From the sequence record OP557969.1: 64,000 bases of DNA. One strand, given 5' to 3'. This DNA is from Escherichia phage ph0011. The position numbers and the translations under genes are program-made. The notes under the pieces are model-generated. The model was not told the DNA's origin. It did no database searches and worked only from the letters and a program-made list of their open reading frames with translations. This document shows, piece by piece, positions 28,267 through 36,793 of this stretch; position 1 is the stretch's first letter; each line of letters opens with the position of its first letter.

Positions 28267-28298
28267 AGGACGGGATATAATATCTCGTCCTTTTTTTT
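28267..28298 (+). terminator. Rho-independent terminator
   Basis: aggacgggata-taa-tatctcgtcct stem (~11 bp) then tttttttt. Confidence 0.8.
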
Positions 28299-28310
28299 GT
28301 CTGGAGATAT

Positions 28311-29159
28311 ATGAAACTTTATCTAATCGTTGACTACAGTAAGGGTTATTATGACTACGCAGAAGAATCTGAAGGGTATTGCTCGTCTACTAATGTCAAT
28401 GTACGCACCAGTAGTACACATGAGCATGAATCTATTACAAATCTAAAAGATTTTATTGCATATCGAGCATTTGAAAAGAATTTCTGTCGTAGTAGATATT
28501 CGAAGTTTGAGTACCCGTTAATTGATGTTCCTGATGAATTGATGTTCCAGTTAATGCTCACTGGAGTACAAGATTATGATTACATTGCGTACAATCACAT
28601 TACTAAGAAAATTTATATCGGTACGTCAACGCATGACATTTCTATGTATGCATCATGCCCCGATGATCGAATGAATGATAGAAAATCATACTATAGTGGT
28701 TCAGTTGGTTCAAATGTTCCATCAAATAAAAATTTATTCTTTGAGTACGAGTTTGATAATCATCGAGGGAAAACAGACCGAGAAGATTATTGTACTGAAA
28801 TTAATAGTTCAAATGGATATGAAGAAGTGAAAGAAGCAATAATGCCATATATCCTAGACAAGTACTACAAAGATTTTCAGTACTGTAGTAATTTTCTAAT
28901 CCGAAATTCTATCAAAATCGGTCGTCAAAGCACTGCATTCTCTAAGTACTACAATGATTCCCCTGTTGCTGAAAATGAATACTGTAATGTTCTCTCAATC
29001 CCACGTGAAGATATGGTATTCATGTTCACATCTTTCATTGAAGATGATGAGTTGTATGTAAAAAACAAGCACAGGTTCATGCTAAGTAATATTGAGGTTA
29101 TGAGAAGCTTAAGTGCAGATATATTAACGAATTTCACTGAAAAAACAGAATACAACTGA
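28311..29159 (+). CDS. hypothetical protein with two FamA-like cores
   Basis: 282 aa, TGGAG RBS; PDELMFQLMLTGVQD (aa ~85) and PREDMVFMFTSFIEDD (aa ~235). Confidence 0.65.
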   Translation: MKLYLIVDYSKGYYDYAEESEGYCSSTNVNVRTSSTHEHESITNLKDFIAYRAFEKNFCRSRYSKFEYPLIDVPDELMFQLMLTGVQDYDYIAYNHITKKIYIGTSTHDISMYASCPDDRMNDRKSYYSGSVGSNVPSNKNLFFEYEFDNHRGKTDREDYCTEINSSNGYEEVKEAIMPYILDKYYKDFQYCSNFLIRNSIKIGRQSTAFSKYYNDSPVAENEYCNVLSIPREDMVFMFTSFIEDDELYVKNKHRFMLSNIEVMRSLSADILTNFTEKTEYN

Positions 29160-29185
29160 GACATACCATAAGTTTATGATATAAT
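29157..29185 (+). promoter_or_regulatory. early-type sigma70 promoter (GATATAAT class)
   Basis: TGAGAC - 17 nt - TATAAT; same -35 as the 44595 promoter; overlaps the stop of 28311..29159. Confidence 0.55.
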
Positions 29186-29189
29186 ATAA

Positions 29190-29220
29190 GGTGACAGCAG
29201 AATATGTTGTCACCTTTTTT
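29190..29220 (+). terminator. Rho-independent terminator
   Basis: ggtgacagca-gaata-tgttgtcacc (10 bp, one G-U) then tttttt. Confidence 0.8.
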
Positions 29221-29840
29221 AATCCTGAAAGGTTCCTTTAAAGGAAACGTTTAAAACCTAATCCACTCGAAAATGTAGAGGGTAGATGAGTAGTCCTTTC
29301 AGTACGAACAGCAGATGAAACCCGTTAGATGATGGCATAGTTTGAACCACTCACGGCAATGCGGCTGTATAAAGAACTCCAATAGGATAAAGAGAGTTCC
29401 TCGATAGACATATAAGGATCGCACCTTACCAATTATCTAAGGGAGATTTCATGAGAAATATGCGGTCGGAATTATACAATATAGTTGCGTCCAAATTTTG
29501 TGAAATCAAATACAAGTACTGGTCATATGGTATTTGTATTATGTGTTGGGATGTTTAAGACCAACGACCGTTGCTACAAGAACCGCGATAGAGAGAAACC
29601 GAGCAACCCGCTTTCGTCTCGTATGAGAATTCGTGATATGAACTATGTGAAGACCACCAGCGTCAAATTTTTTTGTTCTTTCCCCTGCGGGGGGATGAAA
29701 TATGCTCAAACAAACCTCGTCAATATTAATTAAAAGAATTATTATTACTTGTAGAATTTGACATGCGTAGCATGGATAATTCTACTGGTGTTGATGTAAT
29801 CAACATCACGTATATATTCATTGAAGTTTCCACAGGAATA
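29221..29840 (+). ncRNA. candidate structured non-coding RNA (unclassified)
   Basis: ~620 nt without a credible ORF; three 60-nt lines counted at 43-48% GC vs ~33% around; nested complementary segments; promoter at 29157. Confidence 0.35.
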
Positions 29841-30386
29841 ATGATGGCATTTATTAAAAAACAAAAAACATTTACCTATAAGACTTTGGATTTTATTGAT
29901 TGCGAAAATCAAACACAGAATGAAGATAACTTTACTGGATTTGTTGTTATTAAAGAAAAAGGATGTATTTCGTATATCAAGGAATTACAAAATGGAATTG
30001 AAGTAACGTCGGTTAAATTACTTCCTACACAAAAGCCAACAATATCCAAAGCACAATATGGTAATTATTTTGAGGAAAGATATAGTAATAATTTAATAAG
30101 TGTTAAGGCTCATATTATAAAAGGAGAACTAGAAGGAGAATATAGAAAATTCAATCCACAAGGAAAATGTGTTTGGGTTAAATACTTCAATTCAGGAAAT
30201 GATGTAACATCTGAAATAATTGAGTTTTTAGGTTTAACATGTACCCCTGAAACTCTTCATGACTACAAATTTAATGCTGAAGAAGAGTTTAATCTGATGA
30301 TGCGTTATGGAACACATTTTAAATTTTTATATGAATATAACATTGACAGTGGTGTTTTTGATAGGATAGTACAAAACTGTCTTTAA
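29841..30386 (+). CDS. hypothetical protein (possible MORN/YwqK-like repeats)
   Basis: ATG after AGGA (track 29763..); GELEGEYRKFNPQGKCVWVKYFNSGND repeat-like segment. Confidence 0.5.
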   Translation: MMAFIKKQKTFTYKTLDFIDCENQTQNEDNFTGFVVIKEKGCISYIKELQNGIEVTSVKLLPTQKPTISKAQYGNYFEERYSNNLISVKAHIIKGELEGEYRKFNPQGKCVWVKYFNSGNDVTSEIIEFLGLTCTPETLHDYKFNAEEEFNLMMRYGTHFKFLYEYNIDSGVFDRIVQNCL

Positions 30387-30402
30387 CAAAAGGATTTATA
30401 AC

Positions 30403-30927
30403 ATGTCGAAGAAGGATACTTCGAAGAAAAAGCAATCAGTACATTTCAGTACTGGAAAAGATAACTGGACAACTCCAAAGGATTTCTTTGAAGAGTTGGA
30501 TGAGTTATGGGGATTCACACTTGATGCTGCTTGTGTTGATGAGACGGCATTATGTGAAAATTATTTTACACCAAATGACGATTCTCTATCACAGGATTGG
30601 GGAAAGAATATAGTTTGGTTAAACCCGCCATATAGTGATTTGAAAACATGGTTATCTAAAGCAGTAGATGCGTATAATAAAGGAGCAACAGTCGTAATTC
30701 TAGTTCCATCACGAACTGATACAATAGCCTTCCATGAATATGCTGCAAAAGTTTGTGATTGTATTTGTTTCATTAAAGGAAGATTACGATTTGGTATCCC
30801 AGAAGAACCAGAGAAGAAGACAGATTCAGCACCATTTCCTTCATGTCTTATAGTTCTTGATAATTACTTAACTACTGCTAAAATAAATTATCTTAAATCT
30901 ATTGGGTTGGTAATGAAGAAACTATGA
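30403..30927 (+). CDS. DNA N6-adenine methyltransferase (phage Dam-family type)
   Basis: 174 aa; DWGKNIVWLNPPYS catalytic (D/N)PPY motif; FTLDAAC upstream. Confidence 0.75.
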   Translation: MSKKDTSKKKQSVHFSTGKDNWTTPKDFFEELDELWGFTLDAACVDETALCENYFTPNDDSLSQDWGKNIVWLNPPYSDLKTWLSKAVDAYNKGATVVILVPSRTDTIAFHEYAAKVCDCICFIKGRLRFGIPEEPEKKTDSAPFPSCLIVLDNYLTTAKINYLKSIGLVMKKL

Positions 30928-31457
30928 AAGAAACATGTATTTTATCATTTATGAGATGTAACCCTGTACATAATGGACATGGTTTAGTTTTTGAAAAGGC
31001 CAAAACATTACAAGAACAGTACAATGCTGATTTGAAAATATATCTAAGTACCAGTACTGACAATATAAAAAACCAACTCCCACCTGAACTAAAAATGTAT
31101 TATACAGAGGGATTTTATCCTTCAGTACAAGAGAACATCTACACCGAAGACAATCTATTTGATATAATGAGAGAACTGGATGGAAAATACTTAGATGTAT
31201 TTTTCATATGTGGTTCAGACCGTATTGAATCTTTTCAGAAAACTCTTGACAGTTACAATGGGAAATTATATAATTTTTGTAATATAAAAGCAATTCAAGC
31301 AGGTATTGATCGCCAATCAAGTCAATATAGTTCAACACAAATGCGTAACTTCGCAAAAAATGAAGATTTTGATAATTTTCGAGAATTTTTACCAGGTAAT
31401 GATGAGGACTTAAAAATTCAATTATTTGAAGATGTTATCAAATACATGAGGAAATAA
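30924..31457 (+). CDS. HxGH nucleotidyltransferase (NMN adenylyltransferase-like)
   Basis: ATGA overlap; RCNPVHNGH and YSSTQMRN (ISSTxxR-like) motifs. Confidence 0.55.
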   Translation: MKETCILSFMRCNPVHNGHGLVFEKAKTLQEQYNADLKIYLSTSTDNIKNQLPPELKMYYTEGFYPSVQENIYTEDNLFDIMRELDGKYLDVFFICGSDRIESFQKTLDSYNGKLYNFCNIKAIQAGIDRQSSQYSSTQMRNFAKNEDFDNFREFLPGNDEDLKIQLFEDVIKYMRK

Positions 31458-31459
31458 CT

Positions 31460-31753
31460 ATGACAGTACTGTTCAAAACTAATCCAGTTCTTTGGGAACA
31501 AAATGAGCAAGCAGGATTCCGTTCTATCCATGTTGAATACAAGGGTAACACGGTAGTTGCAATTATTGCTAATAAAACTTTAGGAAAATGGACTGCACAA
31601 GTTGTTCCTATGGGATATTCTTATACATCTGATGAGGTAGAATTTTTGGCTGATCTTTATCGTCAAATGCCTTTTATCATTAATGTTCTAGAACAAAGTG
31701 ATACATTAACACATGAAGATGTAATCAACTTTCTTGGAAACTTACATGTGTGA
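31460..31753 (+). CDS. hypothetical protein
   Basis: 97-aa ORF abutting the upstream stop. Confidence 0.6.
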   Translation: MTVLFKTNPVLWEQNEQAGFRSIHVEYKGNTVVAIIANKTLGKWTAQVVPMGYSYTSDEVEFLADLYRQMPFIINVLEQSDTLTHEDVINFLGNLHV

Positions 31754-32033
31754 TGTGATTAATCTTACTGGATATTTTTTACAAGAATCAATGATTAAAT
31801 TTAGTGAACACTTTCCAGTACTGGATGGTATAGAAATGTGGCATGTTAAGCCACTTTTCAACTCTTTCAGTAAAGAGCACAAAATGTTATTGACAGAAGC
31901 GAGTAAATCTAATAACATATGTGAAATCAAGATTGGTGTGAATGTCTATAAAGGGTTGGTAATCTTTTTTGACAATAACAGCAATTATTTTTATATTGTT
32001 AAGGAGCATTACGTTGACAAATACAAATACTAA
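31746..32033 (+). CDS. hypothetical protein
   Basis: Track ORF 31734..32033 trimmed to first ATG. Confidence 0.5.
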   Translation: MCDVINLTGYFLQESMIKFSEHFPVLDGIEMWHVKPLFNSFSKEHKMLLTEASKSNNICEIKIGVNVYKGLVIFFDNNSNYFYIVKEHYVDKYKY

Positions 32034-32625
32034 TACATACTTTAGATATCTTCGCCTTGGTCTTTCCCTACGTCCTATTCGTGGTAAGTGTGATTCGCTT
32101 ACAGATCTTGATTATGCATATGCATTACATCATGAAGGTGTACAGTATGTATTAGGTGATTATGGCGAATTTGAAGAAACAAATGACAGTACTGCTATTA
32201 ATGCAGGTGTTGAAAATCTTAACAACATTGCTAATAGTTCTCGTCATGATATTGTGTTACAAATCCAGAACTTTATTGAACAACACACAGGTAAACGTGT
32301 TTGGTGCTATGTAGGCACTGATGCACAAATGTCAATTTCCTTCGGGAACGATGAAGGATATGTTGCACAGCTTATTATGGATTTTGAATCTGAAGAGAAG
32401 TTTTTAGAATTTAAAGAGAAAATCATCCAGTCACTCGTTGATATGGGTATCCCAGAAGATAAAATGCCAGAAGTTCAAAACATCGATGAATTTGTTTTGA
32501 TTCCATCTGATGAAAAGTATGATGCAATGTTTACTGCTCTTAATATTCCCGGAGTTATTGTGGAGTACTTTGATGATGGTGATGATAGTATCTATATCGA
32601 CCTAGATGATGATGATGATGAATAA
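32014..32625 (+). CDS. acidic hypothetical protein (poly-Asp tail)
   Basis: TTG 7 nt after AAGGAG (track 31969..); C-terminus YFDDGDDSIYIDLDDDDDE. Confidence 0.55.
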   Translation: MTNTNTNTYFRYLRLGLSLRPIRGKCDSLTDLDYAYALHHEGVQYVLGDYGEFEETNDSTAINAGVENLNNIANSSRHDIVLQIQNFIEQHTGKRVWCYVGTDAQMSISFGNDEGYVAQLIMDFESEEKFLEFKEKIIQSLVDMGIPEDKMPEVQNIDEFVLIPSDEKYDAMFTALNIPGVIVEYFDDGDDSIYIDLDDDDDE

Positions 32626-32632
32626 TGCAAAC

Positions 32633-32659
32633 AGCCCGACATAAGTTCGGGCTATTTTT
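32633..32659 (+). terminator. Rho-independent terminator
   Basis: agcccga-cataagt-tcgggct then atttttg. Confidence 0.75.
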
Positions 32660-32671
32660 GTAAGGAAAAAT

Positions 32672-32941
32672 ATGAATTACAAAAATATACAATTCACTTA
32701 TATGGAATTATTTAAATTACACCATAAAAACAGAAGTTCTAACACAATTATTAAAAATGCGTTTACCCATAAACTATGGACAAATTACCTAGAAGAATTG
32801 CGTGAATATTTTGTTGATACTGAAATTTTCATTGGTGGTAAAAAACGAAAAATACTTAGAGTCGATAGTTTTGGTGGTCGATTAGTTCTTTCATATAAAC
32901 TTAATAACGATCTATGTTCTGTGAATTTGGTAGATTTATGA
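32672..32941 (+). CDS. FamC (IQFTY) small protein
   Basis: MNYKNIQFTYMELFKL; ..LEELREYF..; C-terminal GGRLVLSY. Confidence 0.65.
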   Translation: MNYKNIQFTYMELFKLHHKNRSSNTIIKNAFTHKLWTNYLEELREYFVDTEIFIGGKKRKILRVDSFGGRLVLSYKLNNDLCSVNLVDL

Positions 32942-33198
32942 ATTATAAAGATTTCCAATTTACATTCAAATATATTCGTAGTATAGCAGATAAAAATAAT
33001 AGTGTGTTTTTAGAAGACACATGTTCTGAAATGATTAATACTGTTCGTGATAGGATTAAAGAAAAATTCAGTACTGTTATTATTAACGATGAACATGCAG
33101 AATTTTCAGATATAATAATTCGACGAGATGGTAAAGTTGAGGTTCAGTACTACACTGATTTTGGATTTACCAGTGTTACGTTGGAGATATTCCCTTGA
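32938..33198 (+). CDS. FamC (IQFTY) small protein
   Basis: ATGA overlap (track 32914..); MNYKDFQFTFKYIRS. Confidence 0.65.
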   Translation: MNYKDFQFTFKYIRSIADKNNSVFLEDTCSEMINTVRDRIKEKFSTVIINDEHAEFSDIIIRRDGKVEVQYYTDFGFTSVTLEIFP

Positions 33199-33506
33199 GA
33201 TTAAATTTAAATGATATTCAATTTACATATAAAAATATATACGATTTGTATGATATGTATCTTTTTAGTGGGAAGATTGGTAACCATACTGAATCAAAAG
33301 AATCACCATTTATCCAAAATTACTTTGATTACTTAGATGCAGTTGGTGAATATATAAAAAAGAATTACAGTACTTACACTGATGGAGATGATATGTTTGA
33401 ATATTCAGGTATAAAATCTTATCAAGGAATTATCCATGTTGAGTTTCTTGAAAAAACTGATAGGGAGTTTATAGAGATCAAAGTGATGAAGTTAACGGAC
33501 CTGTAA
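33195..33506 (+). CDS. FamC (IQFTY) small protein
   Basis: TTGA overlap, TTG start; LNDIQFTYKNIYDLY. Confidence 0.6.
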   Translation: MRLNLNDIQFTYKNIYDLYDMYLFSGKIGNHTESKESPFIQNYFDYLDAVGEYIKKNYSTYTDGDDMFEYSGIKSYQGIIHVEFLEKTDREFIEIKVMKLTDL

Positions 33507-33516
33507 GGATTGACAT

Positions 33517-33807
33517 ATGATTCTTAATGATATACAATTCACATATAGAGTTTTATACATGGAGTACTCTCATACTGATCCTAAAGACTATCACTATTAT
33601 GAAACCTTTCGAACGATATGGATTGAATTTTTAGATGAATTAAAAGCGTATTACGGTAGTGTTCGTATTGTTCGTGATGGTAGAATTTACACTTGTAAAG
33701 ATGTTGTCAGTCATAGTGGTAAGCTACGATTAGAATTATATACAGAAGGACATGGTTGGATTGGTGTAAATTTACTGGATTTAGATAATGAAACACAACT
33801 TAAATGA
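33517..33807 (+). CDS. FamC (IQFTY) small protein
   Basis: TAAGGA RBS; MILNDIQFTYRVLYMEY; SHSGKLRLEL. Confidence 0.65.
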   Translation: MILNDIQFTYRVLYMEYSHTDPKDYHYYETFRTIWIEFLDELKAYYGSVRIVRDGRIYTCKDVVSHSGKLRLELYTEGHGWIGVNLLDLDNETQLK

Positions 33808-34066
33808 CATACAAGTGTTCTATAGCTTCGTATATGAATCTTATGCATCAGAAGGTTACTATGAAAGTGTGTATTATTTTTTATGGCAACAATACCGTAC
33901 TATAGTACGAGATTTATATATAGGAAAATATATAACATACTGTGATAGTAGAATGATGTGCACAGATGTTCTTAGTTATCATGGTAGGTTGGTATTCCAG
34001 TTCGAAGACAGTGAAGGTAGTATGTCTTTAAATGTAAGAGATTTAAAAGGAGTGCATTTTGAATAA
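33788..34066 (+). CDS. FamC (IQFTY) small protein
   Basis: LNDIQVFYSFVYESY; SYHGRLVFQF. Confidence 0.65.
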   Translation: MKHNLNDIQVFYSFVYESYASEGYYESVYYFLWQQYRTIVRDLYIGKYITYCDSRMMCTDVLSYHGRLVFQFEDSEGSMSLNVRDLKGVHFE

Positions 34067-34259
34067 GTGTCCATATTGTAACAGTACTCAATTAGCTCGT
34101 TTCCGTTTAGATTCAGACTGGGCCACTGGTGCTGGTGATTTCTTTCCTATCAATGATGATGCAGAATATACAGAAGAACAGCACAAAGATTTTGATAAAT
34201 CATGGCGACCTGACATTGAGTGCATTTATTGTCTTAATTGTGAGCGTATACATGACTAA
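34059..34259 (+). CDS. zinc-ribbon protein
   Basis: TTG after AAGGAG; CPYCNS ... CIYCLNC. Confidence 0.5.
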   Translation: MNKCPYCNSTQLARFRLDSDWATGAGDFFPINDDAEYTEEQHKDFDKSWRPDIECIYCLNCERIHD

Positions 34260-34515
34260 AGCTGAACTGATCGTACAAACACTGCGTTTATTGAGGGATT
34301 TAGATATCCCACGCATGGATGTGAAACTTGAAGATATCTACATTGAATCTCTTAGTGAAGATTACACCGATACCGTAATGATGCTGAATGACGTGCTTTA
34401 TCGTATAGATAGCATCAGTCGTCTTGGAAGTACTTTAAAAGTGAATATGGAAAGAGTTGATAAACTTTATGTACATATATATAGTCTACCTATTTCAATA
34501 TTAAACTATAGATGA
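34252..34515 (+). CDS. small hypothetical protein, FamC/D-like
   Basis: Track ORF 34129.. trimmed to the ATG at the upstream stop; 87 aa. Confidence 0.5.
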   Translation: MTKAELIVQTLRLLRDLDIPRMDVKLEDIYIESLSEDYTDTVMMLNDVLYRIDSISRLGSTLKVNMERVDKLYVHIYSLPISILNYR

Positions 34516-34802
34516 ATATTATATTGATACAAAAAACATATGCGTTATTGATGAAAGAATATACTAATACTTATGATGAAAAGTGCAGTGCAAATCATAA
34601 TATGTATAAATTCATTACCCAAGAGTACAGGGATTATATATATGCTGCGTTAGTGGGTAGATATTTCAGTACTAAAAAACGTAAAGAACTCAAAGTTGTA
34701 GATATTACTTTTTTCTACAACGGGCATATAACAATTCATGGTGTTGAACATAATTCACAAATATATCGTAACTATTCATTCAATGAGGTAACAATTATAT
34801 GA
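34512..34802 (+). CDS. FamC (IQFTY) small protein, variant
   Basis: ATGA overlap; MNIILIQKTYALLMKEY. Confidence 0.6.
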   Translation: MNIILIQKTYALLMKEYTNTYDEKCSANHNMYKFITQEYRDYIYAALVGRYFSTKKRKELKVVDITFFYNGHITIHGVEHNSQIYRNYSFNEVTII

Positions 34803-34981
34803 GAGTAGTATTTTTTATCTGGAGTCTTTTCTCACTAGCAGTACTGACAGTTTCAGGTGCTTATTCTTTTTTAACAATGAACACATGGTATGTTAATTTA
34901 CTATTCCCAATTGTTGGTGTCGGTTTAGGATTTACTTTACATAGTGTATGTAAGGATTACAATGACAAATACAACAAATGA
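34799..34981 (+). CDS. small membrane protein (2 TM)
   Basis: ATGA overlap; two hydrophobic stretches FFIWSLFSLAVLTVSGAY / LLFPIVGVGLGFTL. Confidence 0.55.
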   Translation: MRVVFFIWSLFSLAVLTVSGAYSFLTMNTWYVNLLFPIVGVGLGFTLHSVCKDYNDKYNK

Positions 34982-35240
34982 AGTTCTTATTGCTGAAACA
35001 ATGAATATGATTTATTTTATTACTACGGCACAGGATTTGTCTTATCCAGTGAAATCGTTACTTAGGTCAATGTATATTGATATTGTAAAAGAATATTATA
35101 AATCTAAACACAGAAGTATTATTAGTGTTTATCGTGATTATGAAAGGATTCGTATTTTATTCTGGAACAAGAACCGAGTTCGTGAGGAATGTGATCTAGT
35201 AGATTTTAAATTAGAGAATCTTTATTGTTACAAAATTTAA
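34962..35240 (+). CDS. small hypothetical protein, FamC/D-like
   Basis: ATG after AAGGA (track 34944..); 92 aa. Confidence 0.5.
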   Translation: MTNTTNEVLIAETMNMIYFITTAQDLSYPVKSLLRSMYIDIVKEYYKSKHRSIISVYRDYERIRILFWNKNRVREECDLVDFKLENLYCYKI

Positions 35241-35296
35241 AAGATGATAAATATTTTACAAAAGAATGTTTTTTTAGAAAAAAAAGGATTTTGTAA

Positions 35297-36781
35297 ATGA
35301 AAGTATGTACGAATTTAAATGTTACTGGTGATATAACGTCTAATGGGATGACGTTAAGCAAGAATCATAATTATGAGAATTTTAGTGACCTACAAGAAAG
35401 ATGTACTAAAATGCTTTTACAATTTGATAAACCTGAAGTATACGATCCTGATATTACTATTACAATAACTACTAAAAATGTAAATTATACATATAAAGGA
35501 CCAATTGATGGTATGTGTGATATAGAAAATCCTTCATTGTATAAAATTTCCATGTATGTATACACTGACAAAGAGTATTTTATAAACGATGTACAATTAT
35601 CAGATGATGGTAGTTTTCATTTTTCTAAAACGAATAATGGCTCAAAACAATTTAGACTAATTAGAATATCTGATAATAAATGGATTGATACATTAGAATA
35701 TGCATTATTGACTAGAAGTTATATAATACCAGAAACTGAAGATTCGCAAGTTAGAAATACAATGAAAGATCGTTGTTACACATATGATCAAGCGGCAGTT
35801 GCTATTGCATTAATGGTACAAAACCACCCAGAGATGGATAGATATGTATATGGTTTGTGTCAATTGGTTGAGGAAAATGGTGGAATAAAATTTTTTGTTA
35901 ATAGGATATCGGCATTTTCCAATAGAGCATACTATAGAATGGGTAATGCTGCATGGGTATTATATGGATTAGCTTTTTACTTATGGAAATTCCCAGATGG
36001 GGTATATGCGAATTTGGCCCGTGAAAAACTTTTGTTAGGGTTAGAATGGGTATCAACTTTTAAAGTAACTACACCCGGTGATAAAAGAGAAGGTTTATAT
36101 ATGGGTGGAAAAGGAAAATTTATCAATAATGGTTCTCAATTTGACCCGAATTACATTGCTAGTTGGTGTGCAATGGAACACAATTTAGATCTTTGGTTTT
36201 TATTTGATCTATGCTCTGTTATTGGAATTCAGAATTATGATACAATAGCAAAGGAATTACATAATAATATAAATGATAAATTGTGGATAGAAAGTGAAGG
36301 ACGTTTTCGTCAAGGTGTACATGAAACAACAGATGATAATGCTGCTGCATTAGATCAATCATCATGGGGTGGTTTGTATTCTTTATATGCAGATGGTAAT
36401 GATACAAAAGCAGTAAAATGTCACAAATATATGGAACGTTTTATGTTTGGTACGTTGGAATGTGAGGGATATACGCCTTATAATAAATTATTTGGTTATC
36501 CAAATGCAGTACAAGGTGTATGGACTGAAGGAACTGCTGGTGTGGCTTTGTTTGAACGTGCATTGGGTAATGACAGAACTGCCGCAAAATTAATTGCTAA
36601 TTTGAAGCCTATATGTGACCCAGTTTATGGATATCGTGACTCATGTGATGACCCAGATTACGATGTTCTTCCAGATTGGCCTTCCTCGTGTAATACAGCA
36701 TGGATTATTCTGGCTATTAACCCACAAGGTTTCTGGAAAGTTGAAGCCCCACTGATGGATATTGGGCTTGTGAAATATTAA
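35297..36781 (+). CDS. 494-aa protein, possible (alpha/alpha)-barrel glycan-degrading enzyme with fibre-like N-terminus
   Basis: N-term LNVTGDITSNG; repeated W/aromatic helix pattern (AAWVLYGLAFYLW, SWCAMEHNLDLWFLF, DQSSWGG, VWTEGTAGVALF); pattern-level only. Confidence 0.35.
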   Translation: MKVCTNLNVTGDITSNGMTLSKNHNYENFSDLQERCTKMLLQFDKPEVYDPDITITITTKNVNYTYKGPIDGMCDIENPSLYKISMYVYTDKEYFINDVQLSDDGSFHFSKTNNGSKQFRLIRISDNKWIDTLEYALLTRSYIIPETEDSQVRNTMKDRCYTYDQAAVAIALMVQNHPEMDRYVYGLCQLVEENGGIKFFVNRISAFSNRAYYRMGNAAWVLYGLAFYLWKFPDGVYANLAREKLLLGLEWVSTFKVTTPGDKREGLYMGGKGKFINNGSQFDPNYIASWCAMEHNLDLWFLFDLCSVIGIQNYDTIAKELHNNINDKLWIESEGRFRQGVHETTDDNAAALDQSSWGGLYSLYADGNDTKAVKCHKYMERFMFGTLECEGYTPYNKLFGYPNAVQGVWTEGTAGVALFERALGNDRTAAKLIANLKPICDPVYGYRDSCDDPDYDVLPDWPSSCNTAWIILAINPQGFWKVEAPLMDIGLVKY

Positions 36782-36793
36782 TTATAATAAAAA

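Noticed and set aside
29485-29733. 82-aa track ORF inside the GC-rich island
   Set aside because: It uses a non-ATG start with no RBS. The sequence is implausible (Cys/Arg/Asn-rich, no hydrophobic periodicity). It lies in a region better explained as structured RNA or decayed sequence.
29221-29840. tRNA cluster expected in T4-like accessory regions
   Set aside because: I found no segment with an acceptor stem plus a T-arm (GTTCRANYC-like) arrangement. It needs tRNAscan-SE to be certain.
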